The notes under the pieces were generated by a model. It saw only the letters and a list, made by a program, of their open reading frames with translations. It had not been told where the DNA came from and made no database searches. The translations under genes were made by a program, and so were the position numbers. A stretch of 62,313 bases of DNA, filler included, from Basidiobolus ranarum (taxonomy: Eukaryota): assembly GCA_040143965.1 (NCBI GenBank). It is 29 parts of 29 records of this genome, joined end to end, with 100 filler letters (N's around TTAATTAATTAA, not from the genome) between each part and the next. Parts side by side here need not be neighbours in the genome. Positions count along the whole stretch, not along the records: positions 10,815 to 12,874 come from JASJQH010010724.1; positions 12,975 to 15,032 come from JASJQH010010725.1; positions 15,133 to 17,189 come from JASJQH010010726.1; positions 17,290 to 19,346 come from JASJQH010010727.1; positions 19,447 to 21,501 come from JASJQH010010728.1; positions 21,602 to 23,656 come from JASJQH010010729.1; positions 23,757 to 25,809 come from JASJQH010010730.1; 22 more parts are not named here. One strand, 5' to 3'. Below are positions 11,673 to 24,375 of the stretch, piece after piece. How positions within the stretch are numbered: the first letter of the stretch is position 1; every line of letters starts with the position of its first letter.

Positions 11673-12874
11673 AAATGTGGAAGCAACTTTTGACTCTGCT
11701 TTGGAGAGAAGACTATATCTTCATGCCTTCAGAAGTGTTTAAGAAAACATACAATAAGACTCATGAGGATAGAAGTGTGAATCAAGAGATAGGAATTTTG
11801 ATTTTGAGTCCACAAAAACATGATTGCAATTGCATTTTGCTTGTGTGGCCTGGAAGCAACCACTGCAGCCTCAATATTAGAGACAAAAGATGTACTAAAT
11901 GGATATCTACCAGTACCCAATGAGACTTTGCAGCAACTGTTGAAGGAGGTTACAGAGTTCAAAACAACATTTCAGGACACTATGGCAAGAGTAATCAACA
12001 GAGGTGTAAAAACAAAAGCCAGACAATTTATCAAATTAGAAGACATTCCCAAAGGCAAATTGCAGAATTCCAGACCATTGCACAGACTTACTAGTTCACT
12101 CTAAATTGAAGAGACTCCTGACAAGGTATCTATTTCCCAAGAAGAAACTACACAACTCACCACTGGAATTGAGTTAATATCTCCAAAAAGGGCAAGGGCC
12201 CAACAAGTTTGTTCATCAGCTACAAGTACACATTGACAGCAGTACCAGCTTGGAAGAGTCTGTGATGTTTCTCCTGTTCTTGATGAACACTAAGCAGTCA
12301 ATAAAGAACCAGAAAGAGGATAGCCTGCATTCTCATGCATCATGGTGTGTAATTTACCTGATTCAACCAAACCAACTAGTGAGCTTTTTACATCTGGAGA
12401 CAAGTCAGCTCTAAGGAACATGCCACCAGAGAGACATACTGGTTTAACGCATACTACTGGGCAACAGCAACAAAGGCCAACTGCAGGAATTAGTGAACCT
12501 TCCACTTTGTTGGATGAAAATCTGACACCTGAGAGCAATCTCCTAAGACAGCAATCTGTTGCAATATGTATCCTCACAAGATCAAGACAATGGGTGCTTG
12601 AGAGATATAATAATGCTCTTACTGAGCTTGAAGAAGCAACAATAGCCAAACCCAAATCTGATGGTAGACAATATGTTCTAACACATTCTGCCATGCAACA
12701 GAGGTCATGGTAGCCGGTCAAAAGAGATGAAGCTTCTACTGTGCTTGATGAGGCAAGAACTGCTCAACACAAACCTCAAGGTAGATGAATTGCTCCAACA
12801 CATATTGCCATGCAATCACAGCCATGGCCAGTTGACAGAGATAAAGCCTCTACTATGGTTGTAGAATCAATAAG
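11673..12874 (+). pseudogene. Decayed unknown ORF ending in ~117-bp tandem repeats
   Basis: Nearly CpG-free, with stop-interrupted frames. GCCATGCAA units start at 12690 and 12807. Confidence 0.35.
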
Positions 12875-12974
12875 NNNNNNNNNNNNNNNNNNNNNNNNNN
12901 NNNNNNNNNNNNNNNNNNTTAATTAATTAANNNNNNNNNNNNNNNNNNNNNNNNNNNNNNNNNNNNNNNNNNNN

Positions 12975-13494
12975 AGAATCCAATTTCTTGCACGCTGCTG
13001 CCAATGGTGCCGCTCAAGGTGTTCACTTGGTCTTTTTGATTGCTGCTACTGTCCTTGCATTCATGTCACTCCTCGCTTTGGTGAACGCTTTGCTCACATG
13101 GGCCGGTAACTTCATCAACATTGATCACTTAACTCTCCAACTGGTCATGGGCTATGTGTTTGTTCCTTTCATCTGGTTGGTTGGTATTCCCCAAGTCGAT
13201 TGCATAGTAGTGTCTCGTCTTATGGCTACCAAAATGTTTGTCAATGAGTTTGTTGCTTTTGATCAGCTCATGGCCTTGGAAAAGACTCATAGTTTACTTC
13301 CCCGTACCACAGCTTTGGCCATTTACTGCCTTTGCGGTTTTGCCAATTTCGGATCTATCGGTATCCAAATTGGTGCTTTGGGATCCATGGCTCCTTCTCG
13401 TAGACAAGATCTTGCCGAACTTTCTTTCTCGGCTATGTTGTGTGGTACTATGTCGACTCTTATGAGCGCTACCATTGCTGGTATGCTTATGTAA
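12975..13494 (+). CDS. Concentrative nucleoside transporter (CNT/SLC28), C-terminal fragment
   Basis: KMFVNEFVAF and YCLCGFANFGSIGIQIGALGSMAPSRR hallmark motifs. Confidence 0.93.
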
Positions 13495-13957
13495 ACTCGT
13501 TTAAATCATCGATGAAGATGTAGATCTGTACATAGCTTCCAACATTTTCAGATATGACTCTTCATACCCAATGAATATTATCCAATCTAAATCTATACCC
13601 ATATCCATACCCCTGTCAAGACAAGCAATATTTTTCAGTAGATTTTAAGCTAGACTCCGTTGGTCAACTTGTTCCATAATAGATAGATATTCAGTACAGA
13701 TATATATACTATATAAAATAAAATCATTCAATAGACCTGGGTGGTTTTATTTGCTGGGTGGTTGCTGTTCTAAAAACGACAAGATATGATTCTTTCAGCA
13801 ATCAGACTGAATATATCCTAGATACATTGCCTGAAAGAGCGACTGATAGGTATCAAGGAGCTTGCGAGAAAACTATAAAAGATGAAGAGAGTCCGCTTAT
13901 ACAAATCATCCTCATCAACTCGATTCATCATTACACTTTAATAGCAAAAACCTTCCT

Positions 13958-15032
13958 ATGGATATAGAAATGTCGTCTCAAGAAGTTAAGGATCAGATAA
14001 TTACTGCTCCCGCTTCTATTTTACCAACTACTGTTCATGACACGTACATCGAGGAAGGTGAGAAGAATCTGAAGAAAATGGGATGTGAGAATCCTGAAGA
14101 AAAGCCTACCTTTTACCAACGCTTTCGTCTTCCTATTCATATCGCCGCCATAATGCTCTACACTGGTTACATGATTGCTACCTGGATTCTTCATGGTCGT
14201 AAAAGTCTTGTTCCTTCCTTATTGTGGGCATTTGTCAGTTTAAAGGTCATGTTCTATCATGTCCCTACTTCTGTTGTTTCCAAGCCGATAGGTTGGGTTT
14301 TCTCCCAGTTAATCAGATTCGCCATGAGATTCTCAAGCAGAGTTCGTTGGATTGTTTCTGTTGTCTTCACTGTTGCCTTTATTGTTGGTATTACTCTTGG
14401 TCTTCCAGTGGTAAAGGGTCACAGTACGTTGACAGACAGAGTCAGATCTTTGGGTGGTCTATGTGCTTTCATCCTCCTTCTATATGCTACTTCTACTGAT
14501 CGTAAGAGGATCCGTTGGGCTACAGTCATCAGTGGAATCTTGTTGCAATTCATTCTTGGTTTATTCATTCTCAAGACCTCTGTTGGTTACGATATCTTCA
14601 ATTGGCTTTCAAATTTGTGTACTAGTCTCCTTGAGTTCTCTAATATCGGTTTACAATTTATCGTCGGTGATAATGCAGCGAAAGCCGCCGTATTTGCTGC
14701 CACTGTACTTCCCGCTGTCCTCTTCTTCTGTGCTATTGTAAAGATCGTTTACTACTTCGGTGGTATGCAATGGATAGTTAAGAAGATAGCCTGGTTCATG
14801 GTCAGAGTGATGGGTACTAGTGGTGCCGAGTCAACTGTCGCAGCCGCCTCACCTTTCGTTGGCCAAGGTGAATCCGCATTACTCGTTCTTCCTTTCTTGG
14901 AGACAATGACAAGATCCGAGATTCACTCCACCATGGTATCTGGCTTCGCTACTATCTCTGGTTCAGTTTTGGTTGGATTTATCTCGATGGGAGTTGACCC
15001 ACAGCAACTTATTACCTCTTGTGTCATGTCTA
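13958..15032 (+). CDS. Second CNT nucleoside transporter, N-terminal part (3' truncated)
   Basis: LQFILGLFILKT, MGTSGAESTVAAASPFVGQGES and MVSGFATISGSV motifs. Confidence 0.93.
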
Positions 15033-15132
15033 NNNNNNNNNNNNNNNNNNNNNNNNNNNNNNNNNNNNNNNNNNNNTTAATTAATTAANNNNNNNNNNNN
15101 NNNNNNNNNNNNNNNNNNNNNNNNNNNNNNNN

Positions 15133-17189
15133 TGGCACAAAAGGAAAAAAACCAGCAAGAACAGAGGACTTGATTGATGAGCAGTCTAGCAGTCCACTAT
15201 CCATTTTAGAAGACATTAACATGCCAACAACTAACTCAAGTAATGATGAAGCATTAATCAATTTACCAGATATGTTCCTTTCCAGCAATGGTGCAAGTGA
15301 AGAGATTTTAATCCCTCAATTACATAGTAAATCAATAGTTGAGCAATGTTCAACCAAAACACTGTCAAGACCATCAACTTCCAAAATGGCTCTTTGGCCC
15401 ACTATTGAACAACCTTCTGTATATAATTTAGATAGAATCCTTACAGCAAGGGAATTGCAGGCTGAACACCATAATGATTTGTATGCAATCATAAGTAAAA
15501 ACTACAAAGTAGCTGTTCAGGCCACAACAAGCAATAATGCCACAATATTGCAGTTACTACAGCTTTTGGAAGCAACCAATCAACAGTTAGAGAGTCACTC
15601 AACAATAATGCAAGACCTTCAGAATGCTGTACTTGAGCTACAGCAACATGCTGCTCCCTCCATTCATTCTCATATGGGATTTATTGAGATCCCACACCAT
15701 ACATATGAATGTTGTAGTGGGATAGCATTGCTACGCCTGGCAGGTTGACTTATTTCCATTCCAAGCTCATTTCATTACTATTGCACAATATGTATTTTAT
15801 TATCCATAATTGACTTACCCATATTTTCTAGCCAATCATTTCACACCATTAGTATTATCCCCTTTTATTTCTGATTAATTAGTATTCACCCACATTAGCC
15901 CTAATATTTTCTGGAAAATTCCACAATCTTCCAGAACATTCCACAAGATTATGGAATATTTGATAATTGATTGAGTTTTGACCAATCAAAACTTGATTCT
16001 GCTGGAACATTCCGTTACTTCCTGGATTATTCTACAACCTTCCAGAACATTCCATGGATTACTAATCTCATGATTTATGGTGATAGCATAACCCCGGTTC
16101 CCCACCAATTGAATTCTCTGGAACTTTCTGGAAATTTTCATTAGTAATCATTGCTACCATCAGAAAAGTATAAGTAGCAGCCATATCTTTTCAAATGAAT
16201 ATCATCCTGGTTTTCAACTAACAATTGCTACTTATAATCATCCCTCATTTTTCAGCACTGCTTACGAGACCTTTGCAGAGGAAGCTCAAGAGGGACTACT
16301 AGAGGCAGTTACAGGCTACTGTGTGACTAGAAAGGACTTGACCAGCTCAAAGAAAGTACTGACAGGTAGGTGTTATATTTCTGATACTTTATGTTTCTTT
16401 CCCTAGCTGTGTCTGCATAGACAAGGAACTTTTCACATCCTTGGATAAATCACTACTAGTGCATCCTCATTCAAGACCTTGCTGGCTGAGTTTACAGCTG
16501 TTTTTGATTGGATATACCCTTTTTATCTGATTATTCTCACAGGATATTGATGCCAGTATATTCTTTTATCAGGTGCCTGCATATTATTCAACAGAAAGCT
16601 GGACATTGCATTGTGGCTTTTCAGTCCTTAGACATTTCTAGAGGCTTGATTCCCTGTCACAACCACCCATGAGGCAAGAGACTAACCCATATTACAGTAC
16701 ATCCCAGAGTTATTCAATCATGGTTATTGCACCCTTTGAAAACCTCACAAAACCCTTAGGACATTGCATTTATAGTTGCTGCTTACACCTTAAAACAACT
16801 ACAACATCACCATTACAATCTAGCAGGGGAGAATATGTGTTGGACCATTAACCATACAGAACAACCCTAAATTGCTTTGGCATATGAAAGTAGAAATCTC
16901 ATTGGAAAACCAGCAACCCAAAAGACTCTGAATGTCAGAGCTGCTGTCACTTGCTATGATGATGAGTGGTTTAATGGTTTTCAAACTGTGCAGAATCTTG
17001 CTCAAAATCACCTGGATTTGAGTCAATTGTGGAAAAACCAAAATCCAGGCATTACTTCTTGTGGGTTATTCTGGGTCTTTGCAAGCTAGTGGTTATTGGA
17101 CTAGTATTAGCTTATTCACAAAACATCTCAAAAATGTACACAACTATTGACTTGGAAAAGAAAGAAAAGCAGCTAAAGCAGTACTCAAG
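15133..17189 (+). mobile_element. Accessory ORF region of the CACTA/CMC element, interrupted by a solo LTR
   Basis: 15133-15712 matches 46963-47191 and 55249-55825. 16804-17189 continues the match to 55825-55882 and, inverted, to ~25345-25740. Confidence 0.7.
15713..16803 (+). mobile_element. 1091-bp solo LTR (TGTAGT...ACTACA), probably gypsy-type
   Basis: 6-bp inverted termini, TATA-like TATAAGTA near 16169, flanks ATGT/ACAT. Absent from the empty-site copy near 55820. Confidence 0.75.
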
Positions 17190-17289
17190 NNNNNNNNNNN
17201 NNNNNNNNNNNNNNNNNNNNNNNNNNNNNNNNNTTAATTAATTAANNNNNNNNNNNNNNNNNNNNNNNNNNNNNNNNNNNNNNNNNNNN

Positions 17290-18141
17290 CTCTTTCAAGC
17301 ATGGCCTGCTTTTGGTTATGTGGCTCGCAGTATATTGAATAATCATGTTGGGGGCCGCAGTAAACTGTCTGGTGTCATGACTCGTATCAGTGGGCTGAGT
17401 GCAGTTTCTTTTTTCCTTCCATCTCTTCGATTTTTACCGAAAGCAGTGCTCTCCTCTCTTATTTTTGTAGCTGGAGTATCGCTTTTAGTTGAGGCCCCCA
17501 AAGAACTGCGTTACATAGTTCACATGCGTGCGTGGCGAGATTTGGCCTTACTCACTATCACTTTTCTTGTCACAATGGCAATCTCTATCGAAGCTGGCAC
17601 ATTCACCTCTGTTGGACTATCATTGTTACTGGTTGTGAAGAAGAGTACAAAACCGAAAATCTTGATAATGGGGAAAATCCCTGGAGAAGACAAGTTCAAA
17701 CCTATCAAACAACATCCAGAAGCTGAGCAAGTGCCGGGAGTCCAAGTGATACAGATACAGGAAGCTTTATATTTTGCGAATACAGGACAGTGGAAAGATC
17801 GCCTTCGTAGAGTAGAGCAATTTGGTGATGACAATGTTCATCCTTCTGAAGAACCTAGAATCCCACTCTCCTCTTACGTTATCTTTGACGTTGGTAATAT
17901 GCCTGAAATCGATGCTAGCGCGGCTCAAATATTTCTAGAAATTGTAGATGATTACCATCGTCGTGGTGTTACTGTATACTTTGTTAAACTTCGGGAGAAG
18001 TGCCAAGAAACGTTTATGAGGTCTGGTTTGATTGATCACGCTGGCCCACATAGATTTTTTAGAAAAATCAGCGAAGCTATGGAGCATATCGACCGTCAAA
18101 GGGATCGAGAAGTTCATACAGCGTATACAGTTGAATCTTAA
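17290..18141 (+). CDS. SulP/SLC26 anion (sulfate) transporter with STAS domain, C-terminal fragment
   Basis: TM segments followed by ALYFANTGQWKDRLRRVE and VIFDVGNMPEIDASAAQIF...VYFVKL (STAS). Confidence 0.9.
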   Translation, partial: LFQAWPAFGYVARSILNNHVGGRSKLSGVMTRISGLSAVSFFLPSLRFLPKAVLSSLIFVAGVSLLVEAPKELRYIVHMRAWRDLALLTITFLVTMAISIEAGTFTSVGLSLLLVVKKSTKPKILIMGKIPGEDKFKPIKQHPEAEQVPGVQVIQIQEALYFANTGQWKDRLRRVEQFGDDNVHPSEEPRIPLSSYVIFDVGNMPEIDASAAQIFLEIVDDYHRRGVTVYFVKLREKCQETFMRSGLIDHAGPHRFFRKISEAMEHIDRQRDREVHTAYTVES

Positions 18142-19470
18142 TCTCCTCCCCTCTTATCATTTTAGTACACATACACGCGTGAGCTACCTATATAAGTTAT
18201 ATAGACATAAATTTAATCGTACTCCCGCCCTCCACATGAAAAGTAACTAGGGTTCGTAGTTCTCGTCTGATCACAAGTAACCTCCTTACAAAGTTACTAC
18301 GACAATATACCCTTAGTTACGTGAATCAACCAGAATTCTCTACCCTTTTATCTTTATCCTCTCAGCATCTTTATAGGAATATCATAGATACTTTATGAAA
18401 TTAAACCATTTCAAACCAAATCACCTGAATCGACAACATTAGGTCTACTTGCTTTTATAGTCCATTTTTGGGGAGCATTGAGAACATGCAGCGTCCTGCA
18501 TAGCAACAGGTAAAGAATGCAATGAAATAACGACATGTATCACGGGATATTCAGATATATTCCACGTGCTGCCACCACGTAGCCGAGTTATTTATTCATC
18601 TATTTGTACTGCAATTAGCCTCCTGAATGGTTTTATTATTTACGCGCTCCATATAAAATATGCTGAAGACTGAGTTGAAACCTATCAGGTATGGTCAAAT
18701 TCATTACATGACCAGATACTCATCAAATGGAGAGATTTCTGAAACCATTGCTATTAAATATCTCATCAGATCAAATGAAGATACAGCCAGCTCATGTGAC
18801 TACAATGACAATGCGCAAAAGAATCTTGTCAACTTCATGTGATATGCGCCACTCCAGTTGAGATACAAGCTACGTGCTGGAGCATGTCAGGAGTTGATCC
18901 GTTTATTAGCCCCAAGCCTGATAGTTCCAAAGTCAAAGGCTGTTATACCTTCAGGACATCCACGGTGACATGCATGCGCATAGGTTAGTTGCATTAGGTG
19001 CGCCTACCTTTAATCCAAATGCCGAGCTAGTGTTCATTTATCACCTCCATATCCTCGGATCCTTCGGTGTGCTTTGGATAGGTATTATGAGGAGGTAGGT
19101 TAGTCTATCAGCCCCTTGGAGAACCATACATTTCTATTGGAGCGCATAGATTAAAAGTGGTTGAAAATATAAGATTGGTAAAGATACAAATGATGCTACT
19201 CGATATGAAAAGAGCTTTCCTTATTCATTCAAATTTGAGACACAATTTCAACTTGCTTAGTGTTTTCTAATATTCAACTTGCTTAGTGTTTTCTAATATT
19301 TTCCCGCTCATTGTCTTCATTTTAACCAAATTCCGAATTCTTCTGGNNNNNNNNNNNNNNNNNNNNNNNNNNNNNNNNNNNNNNNNNNNNTTAATTAATT
19401 AANNNNNNNNNNNNNNNNNNNNNNNNNNNNNNNNNNNNNNNNNNNNGCGTGGGCTGTGCCTTCTGTATTT

Positions 19471-20673
19471 TCACAGGATGCTACAACAGTGCGACCATAT
19501 TTTTTTAGGATACGCATTCATTGTAGTAATGTATTCCCATCGTGCACCGTACATCCAAAATTTAAAGGTCTTCTGCTTGTACTCAAGGCATATCTTACTC
19601 AAGGGTATAACATCCACGGATAATTGCTGAGCAAGAACTCTCTCATATTGCAATCCGGCAACATGATTTCGAGAGTTTGAAGCATTTATGACTTGATCAC
19701 AAGCAGTCGTTACTTTATCTGATAAGTCCTTAAAATCAAATGTAGTGCCCAGTAATCCCTCGCTCTCGAGGTTTGAGTTGTAGGCCAGTGGAATGCTTTC
19801 AATTTTGACTGGCTGAATAAATGGAACGGGTAAATATCTGGATTCTTCATAACCTAAAATTGTGGTTGAATCACGATAGCTTTCGGACCAAAGATCCGAG
19901 TGAAAGCGATTGCAATGTTTCTGCCATAGTTTAAAATCTGCCATGTTCTGAGCAACAATTCGTGAATTTTCACGCACTTGGAAACGAGCTACAACATAAG
20001 TACATGTTCTCATGTAACAACTTCCACCGCAGTCAGCACATATACTCCGACCAGTATGGTCACACTCAACACAAAGAAGGTATTGCTTCCCCGAGCAAGC
20101 AGAACAGATGTGCCTCCTAGGTTCCATATTGTTGGAATCTATACTTCCATAAGATGTGAGACAAGTACCGCTACCATTGCAAGAAGTACAAAATTTTCTT
20201 CCAGTACCACGACATTTTGCACATGCTCTATATCCATTACCGGAACAAAGAATACAACCAGTAATTTGTGACGTATTTGGTAGCTCCACTTCACTTTCGC
20301 AAGCTTTAAACGACTCAAAGTCCGGAGGTTTAACTTCGATGGTCCATATATTTACATTTTGCGGGTTAGAGTTATCACAAACTACTGGTTGTGACAAAGA
20401 AAATGGAATGCTTTTCCGTACCATCTCACGAACTTCGATAAATGTTTTCAGTTTAACACAGACGATATCATTACGCTCTATCGACGATATATGACCTGAA
20501 TGAGCTGGATCTGCAGAGTAGGTGGCATGTAAGTTGGCGTAGATTAATAATGTTTCTCGAATCGTAGCATCATCTAAGCCAAATGGTAAAGGGTTTAATG
20601 CTATTTGAGTTTTGGATAGTTTTTCTGGATGTAGTGAAGAGTATGGAATAGGTTCTTGAGAAGTATCATTCAT
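19471..20673 (-). CDS. SSUH2-like protein with DnaJ-type CxxCxGxG zinc-finger repeats
   Basis: Intact 400-aa ORF: IWTIEVKPP..F, ELPNTS, multiple CxxCxGxG, C-terminal VLAQQLSVDVIPL...FWMYG...YP...CCSIL. No J domain. Confidence 0.75.
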   Translation of the reverse strand: MNDTSQEPIPYSSLHPEKLSKTQIALNPLPFGLDDATIRETLLIYANLHATYSADPAHSGHISSIERNDIVCVKLKTFIEVREMVRKSIPFSLSQPVVCDNSNPQNVNIWTIEVKPPDFESFKACESEVELPNTSQITGCILCSGNGYRACAKCRGTGRKFCTSCNGSGTCLTSYGSIDSNNMEPRRHICSACSGKQYLLCVECDHTGRSICADCGGSCYMRTCTYVVARFQVRENSRIVAQNMADFKLWQKHCNRFHSDLWSESYRDSTTILGYEESRYLPVPFIQPVKIESIPLAYNSNLESEGLLGTTFDFKDLSDKVTTACDQVINASNSRNHVAGLQYERVLAQQLSVDVIPLSKICLEYKQKTFKFWMYGARWEYITTMNAYPKKIWSHCCSIL

Positions 20674-20844
20674 GATCAGAATGTGCGATTAAGATTTATT
20701 GGAGAGAGCAATCCAACTACTACATATACGTACTCAAGGTTCACCAATCAGGATGCTCATTGGTCTCAGCTCTTAAACTCTACATTGTACATATAAAATA
20801 TTTGAAGTTACAATGATTTAAAACAACAGGCTCAGAGAGAGCCT

Positions 20845-20903
20845 TGTTAGCAGCAGGATAAATGTTAGCACCAGGATAAATGTTAGCAGCAGGATAAATG
20901 TTA
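20845..20903 (+). repeat. 18-bp tandem repeat TGTTAGCAGCAGGATAAA x3.3 upstream of the SSUH2-like gene
   Basis: Directly visible, one mismatch. Confidence 0.9.
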
Positions 20904-21601
20904 CAGCTAGTGCGTTGCCAATCAGCTGACATTCAGTTGGTGGTTGCAATGTTGATTTCACTATGCCAAGGCGTTCCACATCTCGAAACTTGAATAGGAT
21001 AACTGCTCAAAATAAACCAACGATAAAAACCACAAGATATCAAAATGACTTAGATATGCTCTCTGTATATCTGTAGTTTTGTGTCTGGGTCACCTACTAG
21101 GAAGGAGATAGTTTGCTTCTCAAACGAAGCGCCAACTTCTTGGCATGAGTATTCAATCATTCTCCTTCATAGTAGCAAATTGTGCTGTATACATAATACG
21201 GATTTAAGTATTCTGAAATTTATGTTCCACAATTTGTTACTAAGCACCCTCTGTTGTGATCAGTATCAAATATTATTTTATGCAATTTAGCCAAGGTTTA
21301 TTAACTCACAACTCGATGGGAACAAGGATTTTCATACTGAGCTACTTTTTGATTTATTCTCAGACTTGCAACAACGTAAAGACTAGGGTTAGGGTGATGA
21401 AAAGCATCATACAGTGTGGACTTTATTTAGCTTAAAAACTAATCTAAACAAAGTGACAATCAAGACATGAATCTTTTAAGATATTGTGACAATACTGGAG
21501 CNNNNNNNNNNNNNNNNNNNNNNNNNNNNNNNNNNNNNNNNNNNNTTAATTAATTAANNNNNNNNNNNNNNNNNNNNNNNNNNNNNNNNNNNNNNNNNNN
21601 N

Positions 21602-23656
21602 TCTAGAAGAATTGATCTATATTAAGCCACCAGATGAATTTATTGACCCAAAAAATGGTACAACAAGACAGATATCAATTTGGAAGCACTAAAATCCAAA
21701 AATGCACAGCTGATGATGGTATATATATCAAAACAATTGGAAATAGGATCCTTACCTTTTCAATACATATGGATGACTTGATCATGGCCACAAATGATCT
21801 AGAAGCACTTAATGAGATGAAAGACTACTTATGAAACCTATATCATATCACAGATATGAGTAATTTAAGTTATCTCCTTGGAATCCAATACAAGAGAGAT
21901 AAACCCAATCATAAAGTCATGCTGAATCAGTCTACATACATCCTAGACATCCTAAAATGCTTCAACATGGAGAATAGCAAGCACATATTAATGGCATTGG
22001 TCATACAATGCTTAGTACTTAGTTATCTTATCTTTCACTAGGATATTTACCATAACTCTCAGTTGGAATTTACTTAGAATATTTTTACTGACTTAGAAAT
22101 TCTCTGATATATAGATTTGTCAAAATTGTGCTAGATGCCCCAAGCTTTGCACACATGTTTCTGGGACCTTCCTTAGCGTATTCAACATGTTGGTCTGTTT
22201 ACATTGGGACAAATTTTTAAATATCAAGTTTCTACTCACAAAATCAACAAGTGAAAATCACCAATTTCACAAATTATCCAAACTACTTCAAATAGTCTCC
22301 CAAATGCTTTAACAGGTTGTGAGCCCCAAGCATGCACTCTCTGTATTGTCTAATTCTCAAATTTATGGAACTTTTCTCTCCTCTGATATATTGGATTGAA
22401 CCAATGTCAAATTTAAGCTAAAACAAACATGCTGTGGCAAGAAAAAGACTCTGAGAAACTTTTGTGAGAGCAAAAAACAATAAAAAACTCCCTGAAACCA
22501 AAGTTTTACTCCAGATTGAAAAGAACAAAGTGCCTTTAATACAATTTGTCTTAATGTAAAGACAAATTGCTAATTCAAATTCCAAGAGCTAAATTGCCAC
22601 AAAGGTATGGAAAGCCTTGGAAGACACCTCCCACACATGTTCTGCTGCCATCAAGATGTTTTAAAGAAGACAACTCTTTGAGTTAAAGATGAAGTCAGGA
22701 AAAGACATTAAATCATTAACTAATGGAGTCACTATTTTAGAGGAAGCAATGGAATGCATTGTAGTACCTACCACTAATCAAGATATCACAGTAACAGTCC
22801 AGAATAGCCTGCCACACAAGTTTCAGAGCACAATAATGGCTCTAGAATTAAGAAATGATGGAAATGGCAAGATCTATGATAAATTCACAAAATTCATCTC
22901 ATACATTCTGGGTAAATCTGTTGCTACAGCTGTATATCTGGAGAATAGGAAATTTACTAGAAGGCTGTCTAACACTAGAACTTATCAAGCTTGATTCAAA
23001 GTTAAGCCCAATGTAAAACATTTGAGGATCTTTGTATGCATGGCCTAGGTCAAAATTATGACCAAAAATTCTTCCAAAAATGATTGAAAAAGCTAGGAAT
23101 GAATATTTTTTGGGGTACTATACTCAAACTAAGGCCTATAGACTCTCTGATACAAAAACTACAATGCAAATCAATCCCAGAAATGTTTTGTTTATGGAAA
23201 ATGAAACATTTTCTTCCAGAATGACCTTAGAAAAGGACAAAAATCAATTTTCTCCTGATACAATTATTGAAGTTGATTCAAGCCAAAACACTGAAGAAGC
23301 TATCATTCCTGTCAACTCTTCAACCAGAATTTTGCCTGCTTAAGAACTCAATTTAATGTTAGAAGTTTAAGTACCTAAATTGCAAGCCAAGAGTTCAAAT
23401 TGGATCAGAAATAGCCCTGATTACTATAGAGATGAGTCTCAAAATATGCCTACACCTGTACAGCTCAAATACATGAGCCCCAGACTCTAAAAGAGGTCCT
23501 GATCAGTCCTCTCACGGAATTTTGCAGATCTGCCATGGCTAGTTAGTTCCCGGCTTTGATTGATACTCAAACTTTGATTTCAACTAACTTGCCTGAGTTT
23601 AGAAAATCAAGTGGTGGCCAATGGGTTTTTGAAGTTAGATACAACTCTGATGACAA
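21602..23656 (+). mobile_element. Scrambled copia debris: RT remnant, LTR A (to 22314), PBS 22315-22326, deleted gag/integrase/RT start
   Basis: IHMDDL RT remnant; TTTAACA|GGTTGTGAGCCC; FLGYYTQTKAYRL; QWVF. Confidence 0.8.
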
Positions 23657-23756
23657 NNNNNNNNNNNNNNNNNNNNNNNNNNNNNNNNNNNNNNNNNNNN
23701 TTAATTAATTAANNNNNNNNNNNNNNNNNNNNNNNNNNNNNNNNNNNNNNNNNNNN

Positions 23757-24375
23757 CCTTGATCCAACCAATCCATACATCAAACTAACATCCATAGATA
23801 GATTATGAAATTCTGGCTTTAATATGAATCCAAAAATGTCTGATTTGAGCCATTGTTGGTCAAGTTAAGATTTGTCCCCATTGGGGTATATGTTCAATTA
23901 ATTCTTCCATGTTAAACTTCTTTAGTATATCTGGCATATACTTAGACTGGTTTAAAGTTATTGTTTTGGTAGTTCTATCTATCTTAAGTTAAATTCCAAG
24001 ATGGCATATCAGTTCACCAAGATCAGTCATTTTGAATATAGCAGATAAGCTGAATTGGGTTTTCTCCAAAGTCTTCAAGTCATTGCTTGCTATAATATGG
24101 TCATCTACATATAAGGCTGATAAGACTAGGTTTTTCTTATCTGGCCTGAAGTAGATACCATAGTCAGCATTACTCTTTTGAGTTTTTCCAAAAAAGTGTC
24201 TATCTTGCTAGTCCAAGCTCTTGGAGATTGTTTCAAGCCATAGAGTGTCATTTGAGTCTGCAAACTTTTTTAGGATTTCCAGGTCCACAAATCCATCTGA
24301 CTGGTGCATTTAGATCTCCTCCGCAAGCTCACCATTCAACAAAGCAGTTAAAGCATTCATTTGATGTATAATAAA
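23757..24375 (-). mobile_element. Degenerate copia reverse transcriptase, broken by repeat F at 24376
   Basis: Homologous to 58700-59345 (YGLKQSPRAW, LYVDD, MTDLG). Confidence 0.85.

Noticed and set aside
19247-19298. Perfect 26-bp tandem duplication
   Set aside because: Isolated slippage event near a contig end with no associated feature.
21383-21395. TAGGGTTAGGG telomere-like sequence
   Set aside because: Only two units and internal; consistent with chance.
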